Shown piece by piece: positions 40,953 through 51,324 of a stretch of DNA of 56,388 bases (position 1 is its first letter; each line of letters opens with the position of its first letter). Under the pieces are notes generated by a model. The model did not search any database, was not told where the DNA came from, and saw only the letters and a list, made by a program, of their open reading frames with translations. The stretch comes from a virus (lineage: Duplodnaviria; Heunggongvirae; Uroviricota; Caudoviricetes), in the IMG/VR virus record IMGVR_UViG_2909282993_000001, positions 1 to 56,388 of that record, one strand, 5' to 3'. A program made the position numbers and the translations under genes.

Positions 40953-42167
40953 GTGAAACTCAATGCCCGTCAAATAGACACTGCCAAGCCAAAAGAGAAG
41001 GCTTACAAGCTGGCTGATGGTGGTGGTCTGTATCTCTTGGTAAAACCTAGTGGAGGAAAATATTGGCGCTTCAAGTATCGTGTAGCTGGTAAAGAGAAGC
41101 TGTTAGCACTAGGTGTGTATCCTGAAGTTACCTTGGCTGATGCTCGTGCAAAACGTGAAGAAGCTAAAAGGGGTATCGCTGGGGGTATCGATCCGATGGA
41201 AGCGAAACGAGAGGAAAAGATTGCCCGGGAAACGCAGTTAAACAACGCCTTCAAAGATATTGCCCTTGAGTGGCACAGCAGCAAATTAAAAAAATGGTCT
41301 GCTGGTTATGCTTCAGACATCCTCGAAGCCTTCAACAAAGATGTGTTCCCTTACATTGGCAAAAAACCAATCGCCGAAATCAAACCACTTGAACTGCTGA
41401 ATGTGCTGCGGCGCATCGAGGGGCGCGGTGCTACCGAAAAAGCCAAAAAAGTGAGGCAGCGATGTGGGGAAGTTTTCCGCTATGCAATTGTCACTGGACG
41501 TGCTGAGTATAACCCTGCACCGGATCTCACCAGCGCGATGCAAGGTCATGAATCTAATCATTATCCTTTCCTCACAGCCAAAGAATTACCTGATTTTTTC
41601 AAGGCATTGTCCAGTTACTCAGGAAGTGCATTGGTTGTTATGGCGGCTCGTTTACTGATTATCACCGGTTTGCGGACTGGCGAACTGCGCGGTGCATTAT
41701 GGGATGAAATCGATCTCAACAAGGCTATCTGGGAGATACCTGCTTCACGGATGAAAATGCGTCGCCCTCATGTAGTGCCTTTGTCTGAGCAGGCTCTTTC
41801 GCTTATTGGGCAGATTAAAGAACTAACTGGCAATTATCCGCTTATGTTTCCCGGCCGTAATGATCCAAGGAAAACAATGAGCGAGGCTAGCATAAACCAA
41901 GTATTTAAACGCATCGGCTATAACGGAAAGGTTACTGGTCATGGCTTCCGGCACACTATGAGCACCATTTTGCATGAGCAGGGCTATAACACCGCGTGGA
42001 TAGAGACACAGCTTGCGCACGTCGATAAAAACTCAATTCGTGGCACATACAACCATGCGCAATATCTGGATGGGCGGCGGGAAATGCTTCAGTGGTACGC
42101 TGATTATATGGATTCGCTCGAGCATGGCGGAAATGTGGTGCATGGTGAGTTCGGAAAATGCGGGTGA
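40953..42167 (+). CDS. int: P4-type integrase (tyrosine recombinase)
   Basis: 404 aa; ...GHGFRHTMSTILHEQGY... and C-terminal ...RGTYNHAQY... motifs; adjacent to the tRNA fragment. Confidence 0.9.
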   Translation: MKLNARQIDTAKPKEKAYKLADGGGLYLLVKPSGGKYWRFKYRVAGKEKLLALGVYPEVTLADARAKREEAKRGIAGGIDPMEAKREEKIARETQLNNAFKDIALEWHSSKLKKWSAGYASDILEAFNKDVFPYIGKKPIAEIKPLELLNVLRRIEGRGATEKAKKVRQRCGEVFRYAIVTGRAEYNPAPDLTSAMQGHESNHYPFLTAKELPDFFKALSSYSGSALVVMAARLLIITGLRTGELRGALWDEIDLNKAIWEIPASRMKMRRPHVVPLSEQALSLIGQIKELTGNYPLMFPGRNDPRKTMSEASINQVFKRIGYNGKVTGHGFRHTMSTILHEQGYNTAWIETQLAHVDKNSIRGTYNHAQYLDGRREMLQWYADYMDSLEHGGNVVHGEFGKCG

Positions 42168-42289
42168 CTGGTTGAGTATACAGTAGTAGACTTTGAGCGA
42201 CGAAAGAAAAGGCTGTGTCTAGGGTCGCTCCCGAAAATCCGTACACCTCGACGGACTGGTACAGCCACTACAGTAGAGGACGCTGAGGT

Positions 42290-43093
42290 GTGCGTATGAT
42301 TGATATTCATGCCGAATTAAACGAATACAAAAAAGATTTTATTTCTTTACGTGAATTTCTTGAGGTCGTGCTTAAGGTCGCTGGTGATGATTATGATGTT
42401 TCAGATGTCATAACTTGGATACTCAGGAGAATAAGCGGAGAACATATCCGCCTGTACACAGTAAATGAATTTAAGCTGTTGGAATCTTTTTGTAACCCGT
42501 ATCGGGATGAATTTGATAATGATGTTCTTTATAGAAATCTGAATGCGGTTCGGAAACGTGGTTGTTTACCTGGTGAGAGGGATGAAAATGGTTTTCTGGT
42601 GTCCGGTTATTGGGAAGATCCCGAATTTGAGAACATTGGATTTATAAGGGGTGAAATTTTCGCAATTTTTCCCGATGTCCTTGACGCGTTAACGAAGCTG
42701 GAAGGCGCTAACTCTTCTGAAAATGACGAGGCACAAGGACGCGATATTGAAAAGAAAGAGTTGCGTACAGAGGATGATTTATTATCCCAAATCGCAATGC
42801 TGGAAAAAGAAAACGCAGAGTTAAGGGCAAGGATAGAGCAGTTAGAGCAAGAGCGCCCGATACACTTATATAAATACTGGGATAAAGACCCATTAGCTAA
42901 GGCTATTGAGATTAGAAACAGAGAGTGGGCCAATTACGATCCAGAAAATGATTTTGCCACCAGGGGAAATCAAGAAGCGATAACCAGGGAGCTTAAGCAG
43001 TGGGGGGCAAGTAATGCACTTGCAACGCTCATAGAGAGGACTGCCTGCCCTATTAACCGAGACAACAGCCAAAAGAACGCAAAGCCGGATTAA
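42290..43093 (+). CDS. hypothetical protein, AT-rich, integrase-adjacent
   Basis: 267-aa ORF with acidic regions and a predicted coiled coil (LSQIAMLEKENAELRARIEQLEQE). Confidence 0.5.
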   Translation: MRMIDIHAELNEYKKDFISLREFLEVVLKVAGDDYDVSDVITWILRRISGEHIRLYTVNEFKLLESFCNPYRDEFDNDVLYRNLNAVRKRGCLPGERDENGFLVSGYWEDPEFENIGFIRGEIFAIFPDVLDALTKLEGANSSENDEAQGRDIEKKELRTEDDLLSQIAMLEKENAELRARIEQLEQERPIHLYKYWDKDPLAKAIEIRNREWANYDPENDFATRGNQEAITRELKQWGASNALATLIERTACPINRDNSQKNAKPD

Positions 43094-43108
43094 CGCACCA
43101 TACCGCAT

Positions 43109-43252
43109 ACCCTGAGGGTGATTTACTGTTACCCTGAGGGTATTTTTTTATCTTCCCCGTCAATTTTACCATCACCCTTAGGGTAGATTTCCTCCCGATT
43201 ACCATCACCCTTAGGGTAGATTTCCTTCCGGTAACCATTAGGCCTGAGGGTA
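43109..43252. promoter_or_regulatory. array of five CCCT(G/T)AGGGT palindromic motifs, including a 28-bp tandem direct repeat, upstream of alpA
   Basis: Motifs at about 43109, 43131, 43174, 43207 and 43242; TACCATCACCCTTAGGGTAGATTTCCT occurs twice in tandem. Confidence 0.45.
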
Positions 43253-43320
43253 TGAAAATATTCGTTATTTCTGTGCCATGATTACCTCGTCAAATTGAGT
43301 AGACGTTATGAGGTAAATAT

Positions 43321-43518
43321 ATGTCAAATACGCTTATTCGTTTAACAGAAGTTCAGCGTAGAACTGGATATAGCAAGGCATGGATTTATCGCCTTATGGG
43401 GCAAGGTAAATTTCCTGCATCAGTTAAAATTGGCTCGCGAGCTATTGCTTTCGTTGAGAGTGAAATTGACGAGTGGATTAATCAGCGTATTGCGGAATCA
43501 CGCGGAACAGCTACCTGA
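43321..43518 (+). CDS. alpA: AlpA-family transcriptional regulator
   Basis: 65 aa; ...LIRLTEVQRRTGYSKAWIYRLMGQGKFP... HTH typical of AlpA/prophage CP4-57 regulators. Confidence 0.75.
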   Translation: MSNTLIRLTEVQRRTGYSKAWIYRLMGQGKFPASVKIGSRAIAFVESEIDEWINQRIAESRGTAT

Positions 43519-43595
43519 TTAAATGGCTACGGGGCTATTGCCCCCAGCTATCCACCAGCAAATAAAAGTAACTTAATTCGATAGCAGGAGTTTTT

Positions 43596-44396
43596 ATGAA
43601 ATTTCCAAAAATGCCCGTACAGGGGCGGGGCTTCGTTCGGCCTGAAAACCAGAATCTGCAAAATCTCGGCGAAATTATCCCGATTATTTCCGGCGTTATT
43701 GGCGGGAGTGAAACCAATATTGTTAGTGCCAGAGCGTTACATAAGGCGTTAGGTGTAGGGCGCGTTTTCCGTTCGTGGATCAAGGGGCGCATTGAAGAAT
43801 ACGGCTTCACGGAAGGCGTGGATTATGAGGTTGTTGAATATTTGAGCCGACCCGATCCGGTGAGCGCAAAATCTCGCCAGCAAACAGCTCTTGAGTACAT
43901 CATCACCGTGAACATGGCGAAAGAACTGGCGATGGTCGAACGTACCGAACAGGGCCGCGCCGTTCGCCAGTACTTTATCAAATGCGAGGAGGAGCTACAC
44001 AAGGTTGCGCCTGTTCGTTCCGCAGCGTTACGCCGGGAACTGAAAGCCCGTATCACAGTTGCCAGCTACTTTAAGCCAATGTGTGCCGCGCTGGAGGCGT
44101 ACCGGGCTGAACTGGGTAAAAACACACTCCAGCACCACTACACCACGGAAGCGAACATGCTGGCGCGTATCGTGCTGGGTGGCATGACTGCAAAACAGTG
44201 GGCACTGGCGAACGGCATTACAGGCGAACCACGCGACCACATGAGCACGTTGCAGCTTGAGCACCTTTCTTACCTTGAGCAGAGCAATATCACGCTGATT
44301 GAGTTAGGCCAGGACTACCACCAGCGGAAGGCTGAATTAATTCGTCTTTCGCAGCGTTGGTTAGCCCGTCGCATGGAGGAAAACAGCCATGTGTAA
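43596..44396 (+). CDS. phage antirepressor-like DNA-binding protein
   Basis: 266 aa; N-terminal region ...SARALHKALGVGRVFRSWIKGRIEEYGFTEGVDY... resembles Ant/Bro-N-type domains (recollection). Confidence 0.45.
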   Translation: MKFPKMPVQGRGFVRPENQNLQNLGEIIPIISGVIGGSETNIVSARALHKALGVGRVFRSWIKGRIEEYGFTEGVDYEVVEYLSRPDPVSAKSRQQTALEYIITVNMAKELAMVERTEQGRAVRQYFIKCEEELHKVAPVRSAALRRELKARITVASYFKPMCAALEAYRAELGKNTLQHHYTTEANMLARIVLGGMTAKQWALANGITGEPRDHMSTLQLEHLSYLEQSNITLIELGQDYHQRKAELIRLSQRWLARRMEENSHV

Positions 44397-45113
44397 CGCT
44401 CTGACCGTTACAAAAAGAGAAAGCGCCCCGTTGCCGGAGCGCCTTTGTGAACGAATAGCCTACTGCGCCATATTGCTTACTGTCTACGAGGCAGATTATA
44501 GCGTTGTGGTCGCACAGAGTGAAGGCGCTGATCACCGTTACTACAGCACGCCAGAAATGCAGAATATTTTGCTGCAAAATGTCGTTGGTCACACTGTCCG
44601 GAAAGCAAAAAATTTTGCTGGTGGCGCGACTGATGCGATTTTGTCAGGTCGCCAGGTGCTGATCAATCTGATGTCTGATTTCGTTCGGGATAAAACAAAG
44701 GCGACCGCAGAGGGCCGCCAGTGGGAAAGCTACATACTTGAACGCATCGCCAACAATGCCAGATTTGCGGCTGGTGGGCAATGTGTCAGCTTTGCACCAA
44801 TGACTCTATGTTTAACTGAGGGTCATTATGGTGAATATGCTGGCTTGCTGGTGGGCTATTCCTGCTCTTTAACATTGCCATGCCGCGATGTTTTACAGGT
44901 ATGCGACCCCATTTTTGTGCGCCTGTACTCTTTAAGGAATTTCTCAAGGATAAACGCACAGGGCGCGAATCTGTTTGACTCATGCTCGTACGCTATCTTT
45001 CTGCGCTGTCTTTTCCGTGCCGGTGATGGTGTATTGGTTGATTCTTTGTTGGTCATGGCGCAGCCCTGTAAAACGATGCACCGTAGTTCCTCACACCACG
45101 GCGCTGGTGATGG

Positions 45114-45293
45114 TTACTCCTGTTCTTTGGCCTTGCGGCGCTGGCGGTATTCAACTTCTCGCTTTAATGCTGCTGTTACAAACTGCCCTGTACTTTCACC
45201 AGGCATTTTTACCGCCTCAACATTGTTCATAACTTCATGCGGAACCCTTGCCGCAACTGTTTGTGATTTTGCGTTTACTGCTTTTGTCGCCAT
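45114..45293 (-). CDS. small ribbon-helix-helix-like DNA-binding protein (59 aa)
   Basis: Not in the ORF track (below its length cutoff); MATKAVNAKSQTVAARVPHEVMNNVEAV... beta-strand/helix pattern; operator-like repeats upstream. Confidence 0.45.
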   Translation of the reverse strand: MATKAVNAKSQTVAARVPHEVMNNVEAVKMPGESTGQFVTAALKREVEYRQRRKAKEQE

Positions 45294-45343
45294 GTTGTGT
45301 ACCCCTTACAAAAAACAAATGCAGTATGCAGGAAAAAAAATAA

Positions 45344-45395
45344 GTGTTCAACACTTGACGTGTTTAACACCTGGGCTTAAATTGGTGTTCAACAC
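45344..45395. promoter_or_regulatory. three GTGTT(C/T)AACAC palindromes (operator-like)
   Basis: Near-perfect 11-bp palindromes at 45344, 45360 and 45385, between divergent small genes. Confidence 0.4.
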
Positions 45396-45492
45396 CTTGT
45401 TGATGCAAGGTGCAGAAACGACAACGCCCCGCAGTGGTGGCACACATGCAGGGCGTCTAACCACCAACGATAGCAAGAGTATCGAGGTAGCT

Positions 45493-45696
45493 ATGAGAAA
45501 TCATACCACACACCCGCAAGGGCGGGACTCGCACAACCTGAATAAATACATCTGGCGTTTTATCGCCCTGAGCACGGCACAACCGCGCGTAATTCACATC
45601 GAGGCCACCAGCGAACAGGAAGCACGCCAGCAATCTCCTGATGGCTGCGTGATGGTATTCGCCGCCCGTATTCGCCAGGAGGTGGAACATGTGTAA
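45493..45696 (+). CDS. small hypothetical protein (67 aa)
   Basis: ATG at 45493 with GAGG SD; C-terminal part of the long composite track ORF. Confidence 0.35.
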   Translation: MRNHTTHPQGRDSHNLNKYIWRFIALSTAQPRVIHIEATSEQEARQQSPDGCVMVFAARIRQEVEHV

Positions 45697-45913
45697 TGCA
45701 ACATGGCCTGATGCAGCGGTAGACGCTATCAAAACGCTGATGGATTCACTTATTGAGATTTCTGCTATCGCTGGTGTGGCGCATAAACACGCAGCCAGAG
45801 AATCAGAATGCATCTCCCATTATTTAGCATTTGTGCAGCTAAAAGCCGATCAGGCACTGGATAAGGCCGGAAAAATTATCATGGCTGATGTGCAGGAGGT
45901 GCACCATGCATAA
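45689..45913 (+). CDS. small hypothetical protein
   Basis: 74-aa ORF, translationally coupled in a string of small island genes. Confidence 0.4.
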   Translation: MCNATWPDAAVDAIKTLMDSLIEISAIAGVAHKHAARESECISHYLAFVQLKADQALDKAGKIIMADVQEVHHA

Positions 45914-46271
45914 CCTGTCAATTTCTGACCTTAACAGCATTCAGTTTGACGAGAAATTTACCGGGCAGTTGCTGGTCAATGTGGAGAACGGGCGCATAGT
46001 GCGTAATTACCACCTGCCGGATGGTGCAATTGCCGGAAGCGTTGAAGCATTGCTGGAACTGGCGGAACGTGCGCGACTGATTAAGCCGTCAACGAGCCAT
46101 CACGATGATGATCTGCATTTTACCGGGCGTATGGTGAGTCACTACGAAAACGGCGTTGAAGTATCCCGCGAACGGCTGCGTGATGATTGCTGTTTCGGCA
46201 CACTGCCGGAATTTATCGAGTTGCTGACCAGTTGCGGTTATCAGGTCATTCAGGGGGGTAAACATGCGTGA
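45906..46271 (+). CDS. hypothetical protein
   Basis: Start at ATG 45906 (MHNLSISDL); overlapping-stop arrangement. Confidence 0.4.
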   Translation: MHNLSISDLNSIQFDEKFTGQLLVNVENGRIVRNYHLPDGAIAGSVEALLELAERARLIKPSTSHHDDDLHFTGRMVSHYENGVEVSRERLRDDCCFGTLPEFIELLTSCGYQVIQGGKHA

Positions 46272-46497
46272 TGATCGTTTTAATTCCCTGAAACGGGAAT
46301 TTGATGGCGCACCGGAAGATGCAGCGGGCGCATTGTTGAGCGTTGCTGACATGATGAAAGCTGCATATTTTCTTATCAATACCAGTGGCTACAAGTCAGA
46401 GGGTGAAATGATTCTTAGTATTGCGTCGGACTATGCGGAATATGTGGCAGAGACGCGTTACAGAAGAAAATTCACGGAGGATGTAAGCCATGCATAA
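46264..46497 (+). CDS. small hypothetical protein
   Basis: 77-aa ORF. Confidence 0.4.
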   Translation: MRDDRFNSLKREFDGAPEDAAGALLSVADMMKAAYFLINTSGYKSEGEMILSIASDYAEYVAETRYRRKFTEDVSHA

Positions 46498-46690
46498 TCA
46501 TGAAGCGCATGTACCCGTAGTGCTTAATGTGCCAGATGATTTCACCGGACGCGTACTGGTTTACCTGGATAAAGGGAAAGTGAAATCACAATGCCGACTG
46601 AAAAGTAATGAGATTGTTGGTTCTCCTGAATTTTTTTCTGAACTTTGTATTCGTGCGGAAATAAAACCGGAACTGCTGACAGGAAAATAA
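46490..46690 (+). CDS. small hypothetical protein
   Basis: 66-aa ORF. Confidence 0.4.
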   Translation: MHNHEAHVPVVLNVPDDFTGRVLVYLDKGKVKSQCRLKSNEIVGSPEFFSELCIRAEIKPELLTGK

Positions 46691-46694
46691 AACC

Positions 46695-46985
46695 ATGAAA
46701 AAGAAAAATTCTGGCTTTACTGCCAGCGGCCTCTCTCGGCCTGAAATCCGCCCCGGTGATATTTTCCGGGACACCAGACGCGGGGGACGGGTGGTTATTC
46801 GTCACGTTACGCCAGGCAATATCACCTACCGCCGTGAGGCTTACGAATATGACTGCGTAATGCCGCGCCGTCAGTTTGATCGTGATTTTATTGTGGTGGA
46901 AAACAAACAACAGGCAGTGGCGAGACGTGCAGCCACGAATATTAAAAAAATCCGGGCAATGTTGGTTGCGGGAGGTAAGAAGTGA
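46695..46985 (+). CDS. small hypothetical protein
   Basis: 96-aa ORF immediately upstream of the primase. Confidence 0.4.
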   Translation: MKKKNSGFTASGLSRPEIRPGDIFRDTRRGGRVVIRHVTPGNITYRREAYEYDCVMPRRQFDRDFIVVENKQQAVARRAATNIKKIRAMLVAGGKK

Positions 46986-48786
46986 AAAACGCACCGAGTC
47001 TAAAATATCAGCCGAAGGATAAATTCACTGAGGTAATCATTTTTGCCGGGATGGATGCTTACGCCCATGCTCAACACTGGATTGAAAGTGAAGGACGAAA
47101 ACACGGCGATAACGTGCCTCCTGTTTACCTGGGACCAAAGCAACTGGCAGACCTGGCGAATATCCGCATTATTGACGAGAAACGCCGTTTTGCGCGTGTC
47201 TATATCGCGGGGGAGATAGAGCCAATCCAGATCAATACTATCGCTGAAAAGCTGGCGCTGGCTGGCGTACAGGAGGCGAAATTATACAAAGGTATCACCG
47301 ACCAGGAACCGGAGAACTGGCGCGACTACCTGCAACGGATCCGCGAACAGGCTGAGCACGGGGAAGTTTCAGTGATGAAATTAGCTACAAAAAATAGTGG
47401 TCTACCCAAGCCTGCATTAAATCAGATGGGAGCCAGCCAGAGAGGGGAAGTGTTACTTGAACATTATGGAGGAGCACTGGCGATAAATGATGATTCTGAT
47501 GTAGTTCACCATTACAACGGAATTGTTTGGGAGCCTGTATCTGATAAGGAACTCCAGCGGTCTATGGCGAAGATTTTTATTGATGCCGAAATTAGTTATT
47601 CGCAAAACGCCATTAAATTTGCCGTAGAGACAATGAAATTGAGTCTACCTGTTATGGGGGAGCGGACAGAAATCTTATTGGGTTCAGTAACGGTGTTTTT
47701 GATATCAGGACAGGAAATTTTCGGGAACACAACAAAAATGACTGGTTGTTAAATGCCAGTGAATTACCGTTCAGCCCGCCAGAAGAGGGGGAAACGCTGG
47801 CAACACATGCGCCGAATTTCTGGAAGTGGTTGCGTCGTTCGGTGGCGGATAATGCTCGTAAAGCGGATCGCGTACTGGCGGCATTATTCATGGTACTGGC
47901 GAACCGGTACGACTGGCAGTTATTCCTTGAGGTAACGGGGCCGGGCGGAAGCGGTAAAAGTGTGATGGCGGAGATTTGTACCATGCTGGCGGGTAAGGCC
48001 AATACAGTATCGGCGAGCATGAAGGCGCTGGAAGACGCGAGGGAACGAGCGTTAGTGGTGGGATATTCTCTGATTATCATGCCTGACATGACCCGCTACT
48101 CAGGTGATGGTGCTGGGATTAAGGCCATTACAGGCGGTGACAAGGTGGCTATCGATCCGAAACACAAAGCGCCCTATTCCACGCGCGTTCCTGCGGTAGT
48201 GCTGGCAGTAAACAATTATGCCATGTCATTCAGCGACCGTAGTGGGGGGATCTCGCGTCGACGAGTAATATTTAATTTCTCTGAGGTTGTACCAGAGAAC
48301 GAACGCGATCCGATGCTGGCGAAAAAGATAGAAGGGGAACTGGCAGTAGTGATTCGCCATTTGCTTACACGATTTGCCGACCAGGACGAAGCGAAAAGAC
48401 TACTTTATGAGCAGCAAAAATCAGAAGAAGCACTGTTGATAAAGCGTGAAGGTGATTCGCTGGTGGACTTCTGCGGTTATCTGATGTCGTTGGTTAAATG
48501 TGAGGGAATGATAGTAGGTAATGCAGAAATAGTGCCATTTAGTCCGAGGCGATATCTGTATCATGCTTATTTGGCTTATATGTCTGCGCATGGTCTGGGA
48601 AAACCGGTATCACTGACACGCTTTGGTACAGATATGCCAGGGGCAATGGCTGAGTACGGAAAGGAGTACAAGCGGGCTAAATGCACTAAAGGTCCAGATA
48701 AAGGGCGAACGATCACAAATGTTCTGTTAGATAAAGATGCTGATGGATGGTTACCAGCAACGGCAGGCATTAACGACAGAACATGA
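46982..48786 (+). pseudogene. P4 alpha-like primase / D5-type helicase, reading frame disrupted near 47660..47750
   Basis: Two adjacent ORFs (46982..47752 and 47746..48786); the second frame continues upstream of its nominal start with protein-like sequence (...LIGFSNGVFDIRTGNFREH...); Walker A GPGGSGKS in the C-terminal part. Confidence 0.45.
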
Positions 48787-48814
48787 TACGAAATTTATAA
48801 GTTGAAACTTAAAA

Positions 48815-49152
48815 GTAGACGGTTGGTAGACAGATACACTTAACCCTCTACCAACCATCTACTAATTAATGTTTTGAATTATATAGGTATTTTTAATGTG
48901 GCAGAGAGGTGGACAGTTTATTTTATATTTCTAAACCACGGGGGTATCTAAAAATAGATAGTTATGGGTTCATTTTTAAAATTTTTCTTTTAACTATCTA
49001 CACTGTCTACCATTTAGTAAAAGTCATTAATTATCAATGTATTAATACTGTAGAGAGTTGGTAGACAGTTTGCAGATTGTTTTTTTGTTATGTATTAATA
49101 ACATTAAATAAATCAAACAATTATATCGGTAGACAGTTGGTAGACAGTTGTA
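48815..49152. repeat. iteron array (GGTAGACAG, at least seven copies, both orientations) in AT-rich DNA: putative island ori
   Basis: Copies near 48815, 48828, 48847, 48908, 49005, 49057, 49127 and 49140, directly downstream of the primase gene. Confidence 0.55.
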
Positions 49153-49155
49153 ACG

Positions 49156-49698
49156 ATGGGGCAAAGCATGACTAAGCTGACCATTAACAGAAAACCGAAA
49201 GGCATTTACGGCACGCCGCAGAAAACGACGCAGGCGGCGCAGGAGCAGGATAAAACCACATCGGCGCATAAAGTGATGCCCGGTAACCAGAAAGCGCAGC
49301 AAAAGCCCACAGGGGCGACACCGTGGCGGCATATGACCAAACGCCAGCGCAAAAACCGCAGGCGCGTTAACCGCCTCACTGAGTTGTGGCCTGACTTATT
49401 CAGCCGGGAAGCACCGAAGCCGCTTAAGGTGGGGATATTCGACGACCTGATGCAGGATCTCGCCGTCAGGGGGCTGGCATTCGGGCCAGGGGCATTGCGT
49501 GCGACGCTGGCATCTTATGCGCAGTGTCCGCACTATTACCGCGCCTTAATGGCTGGTGGGGTACGCTACGACCTGAAAGGCCAGCCGTGCGGCGAGGTGA
49601 CACCACAGGAACAACAGGACGCAGAAACGCGGCTGGTGGCGCTGAATGAGAAGCGCAAACGCCAGCGCCGGGCAGCAAAGGAGACAATAGGCGCATGA
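49156..49698 (+). CDS. ProQ/FinO-domain-like RNA-binding protein
   Basis: 180 aa; basic N-terminus and ...LTELWPDLF...PKPLKVGIFDDL...RYDL... pattern recalled as FinO/ProQ-like. Confidence 0.5.
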   Translation: MGQSMTKLTINRKPKGIYGTPQKTTQAAQEQDKTTSAHKVMPGNQKAQQKPTGATPWRHMTKRQRKNRRRVNRLTELWPDLFSREAPKPLKVGIFDDLMQDLAVRGLAFGPGALRATLASYAQCPHYYRALMAGGVRYDLKGQPCGEVTPQEQQDAETRLVALNEKRKRQRRAAKETIGA

Positions 49699-49940
49699 TT
49701 CACGACAGCAAAGCGGAAGCACTGGAAGCGCGTGGTCTGTACCGGAGAGCGGCGGCGCGGTGGGCTGAGGTCATCATGCTGGCGAATGATGACAAGGCAC
49801 GGGAACAGGCGGCAAAACGTCGCGCGGAATGTATCCACAAGGCAGCACGCCCACCAGCAAGGCAGGATAATTTCGGGGGAGATGCGCGAAACCATCAGCC
49901 GGGCACATGCCGGGATGGGATTACATCAGCCCAATGGTGA
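49695..49940 (+). CDS. PerC-like small regulator
   Basis: Motif ...AEALEARGLYRRAAARWAEV... paralleling the prophage gene at 9581..10075. Confidence 0.45.
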   Translation: MIHDSKAEALEARGLYRRAAARWAEVIMLANDDKAREQAAKRRAECIHKAARPPARQDNFGGDARNHQPGTCRDGITSAQW

Positions 49941-50117
49941 GGCATTCAGGAAATACCAAAAAAAGAACAATTGTAGTCAGTAACAGAGGATGGGATTCTC
50001 TTGGTTTTTTGTTGATGCTTTCTGAGGAAATCTACTACGTTGCTGAGCAGATGAATATTCAATTGCATCTGGGTTCCTGATAAGATTAATCTGAATATTT
50101 TCATTTGGAATAGGGAT

Positions 50118-51260
50118 ATGAATAAAACTTTAATTGCAACATTAGTCGGTATAGTAATGTTAACCGGATGTGGGCCAGAAGAGTTAACTCCAGAACAGAA
50201 ACAGGAAGTAGCGGCTCTTAAAGCTGAACTGTCGCAAACGGAAGGTGAAATATCAGCAGCTAAGGAAGTTGACCAGCAGTTTTCTGGTGGGTTGATAAAA
50301 AATCTGACAACAGCAAGACTGGAAATATTAGGAACTAATAAAGCGCTTTTGGAACAGCGTATTAATGCTATTGAATCAGGTGCCAAAATTGATGTTGTTG
50401 TATCTGGAGTAAAACCTGATCCTGAGCTTGCGGCTTCAATTAAAACTGAAATTGACAGCTTAGATGCAAAAATCAACGAAGCCAAAGCTGATGCTCGTCA
50501 GTATAGTGGTGGTCTGATAAAGGTACTAAAATTATCTACTGTTGCCACTGAAGAGCAGACCATGGCAATGTTGCAGCAAAAGTACCTCACAGCCAAGTAT
50601 GGCCTCGCTGAAGTTAAGCTGGCATCAGTACAAGATAATGACGCAAAAAACAGTACTGAAACGGAAGTAACAGCCAAAAATTCCCAAGGGCAACTTCCTT
50701 TACTCCCGCCAGCGGATGGTCCGTTTGGCTTAGAAGCCGGTCTTACACAGAAAAACATCGAAGATATGATCGGTGCTAAGCTCAAGCCACTACCAGACAG
50801 TGTGAATCTGTATACTTCTGATAAATTACCGAAGCAAAACGCAGATTTTGAAATGTATGGTTTGTTGATCTCCCCGAAAGCTGGTTTATGTCAAATACGG
50901 GCTTTAGGAAAAAATATTGATACTGATAGCTATGGATTGGCTCTTAAATCCAAGTTTGAAGAATTGAGTAATTCTTTAAGTTCTCTGTATGGAAAGGCTG
51001 ATACTACAGACTTTTTGCTGGCTGGTTCAATTTGGAAAGATCCTCAGGACTGGATGAGGGGGCTAAACAAAAAAGAACGCTTCTTATCTGCCACATGGAA
51101 GGGAACAAAAGAAATACCATTAAAAAACAATATCGATACTATCTCTATTGAGGCCAGAGCGAACAATTCCACTCAGGGATATGTCTATCTGCAGTACTCA
51201 TTTACAAATGACGAAATTTGTCAGGAAGAAATTGAAGGGGCGAAAAAAAGTTCCCTTTAA
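50118..51260 (+). CDS. lipoprotein with coiled-coil regions
   Basis: 380 aa; signal peptide with lipobox LTGC; AT-rich. Confidence 0.6.
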   Translation: MNKTLIATLVGIVMLTGCGPEELTPEQKQEVAALKAELSQTEGEISAAKEVDQQFSGGLIKNLTTARLEILGTNKALLEQRINAIESGAKIDVVVSGVKPDPELAASIKTEIDSLDAKINEAKADARQYSGGLIKVLKLSTVATEEQTMAMLQQKYLTAKYGLAEVKLASVQDNDAKNSTETEVTAKNSQGQLPLLPPADGPFGLEAGLTQKNIEDMIGAKLKPLPDSVNLYTSDKLPKQNADFEMYGLLISPKAGLCQIRALGKNIDTDSYGLALKSKFEELSNSLSSLYGKADTTDFLLAGSIWKDPQDWMRGLNKKERFLSATWKGTKEIPLKNNIDTISIEARANNSTQGYVYLQYSFTNDEICQEEIEGAKKSSL

Positions 51261-51272
51261 ACAATCCGTGCA

Positions 51273-51296
51273 AAGCCCCTTAGTAAGGGGCTTTTA
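51273..51296 (+). terminator. rho-independent terminator
   Basis: AAGCCCCTT-AGT-AAGGGGCTT hairpin followed by TTTAT. Confidence 0.55.
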
Positions 51297-51324
51297 TATA
51301 TTAATGTTCAACGGGGGGGATTAG

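Noticed and set aside
44389..45696. 435-aa plus-strand ORF
   Set aside because: Middle part is Cys/Ser/Leu-rich and not protein-like; it overlaps a convincing minus-strand RHH-like ORF and operator palindromes; only the C-terminal 67-aa segment (and possibly an N-terminal segment) looks genuine
49042..49332. 96-aa minus-strand ORF across the island iteron region
   Set aside because: Overlaps the AT-rich iteron array and the start of the ProQ/FinO-like gene; low-complexity translation
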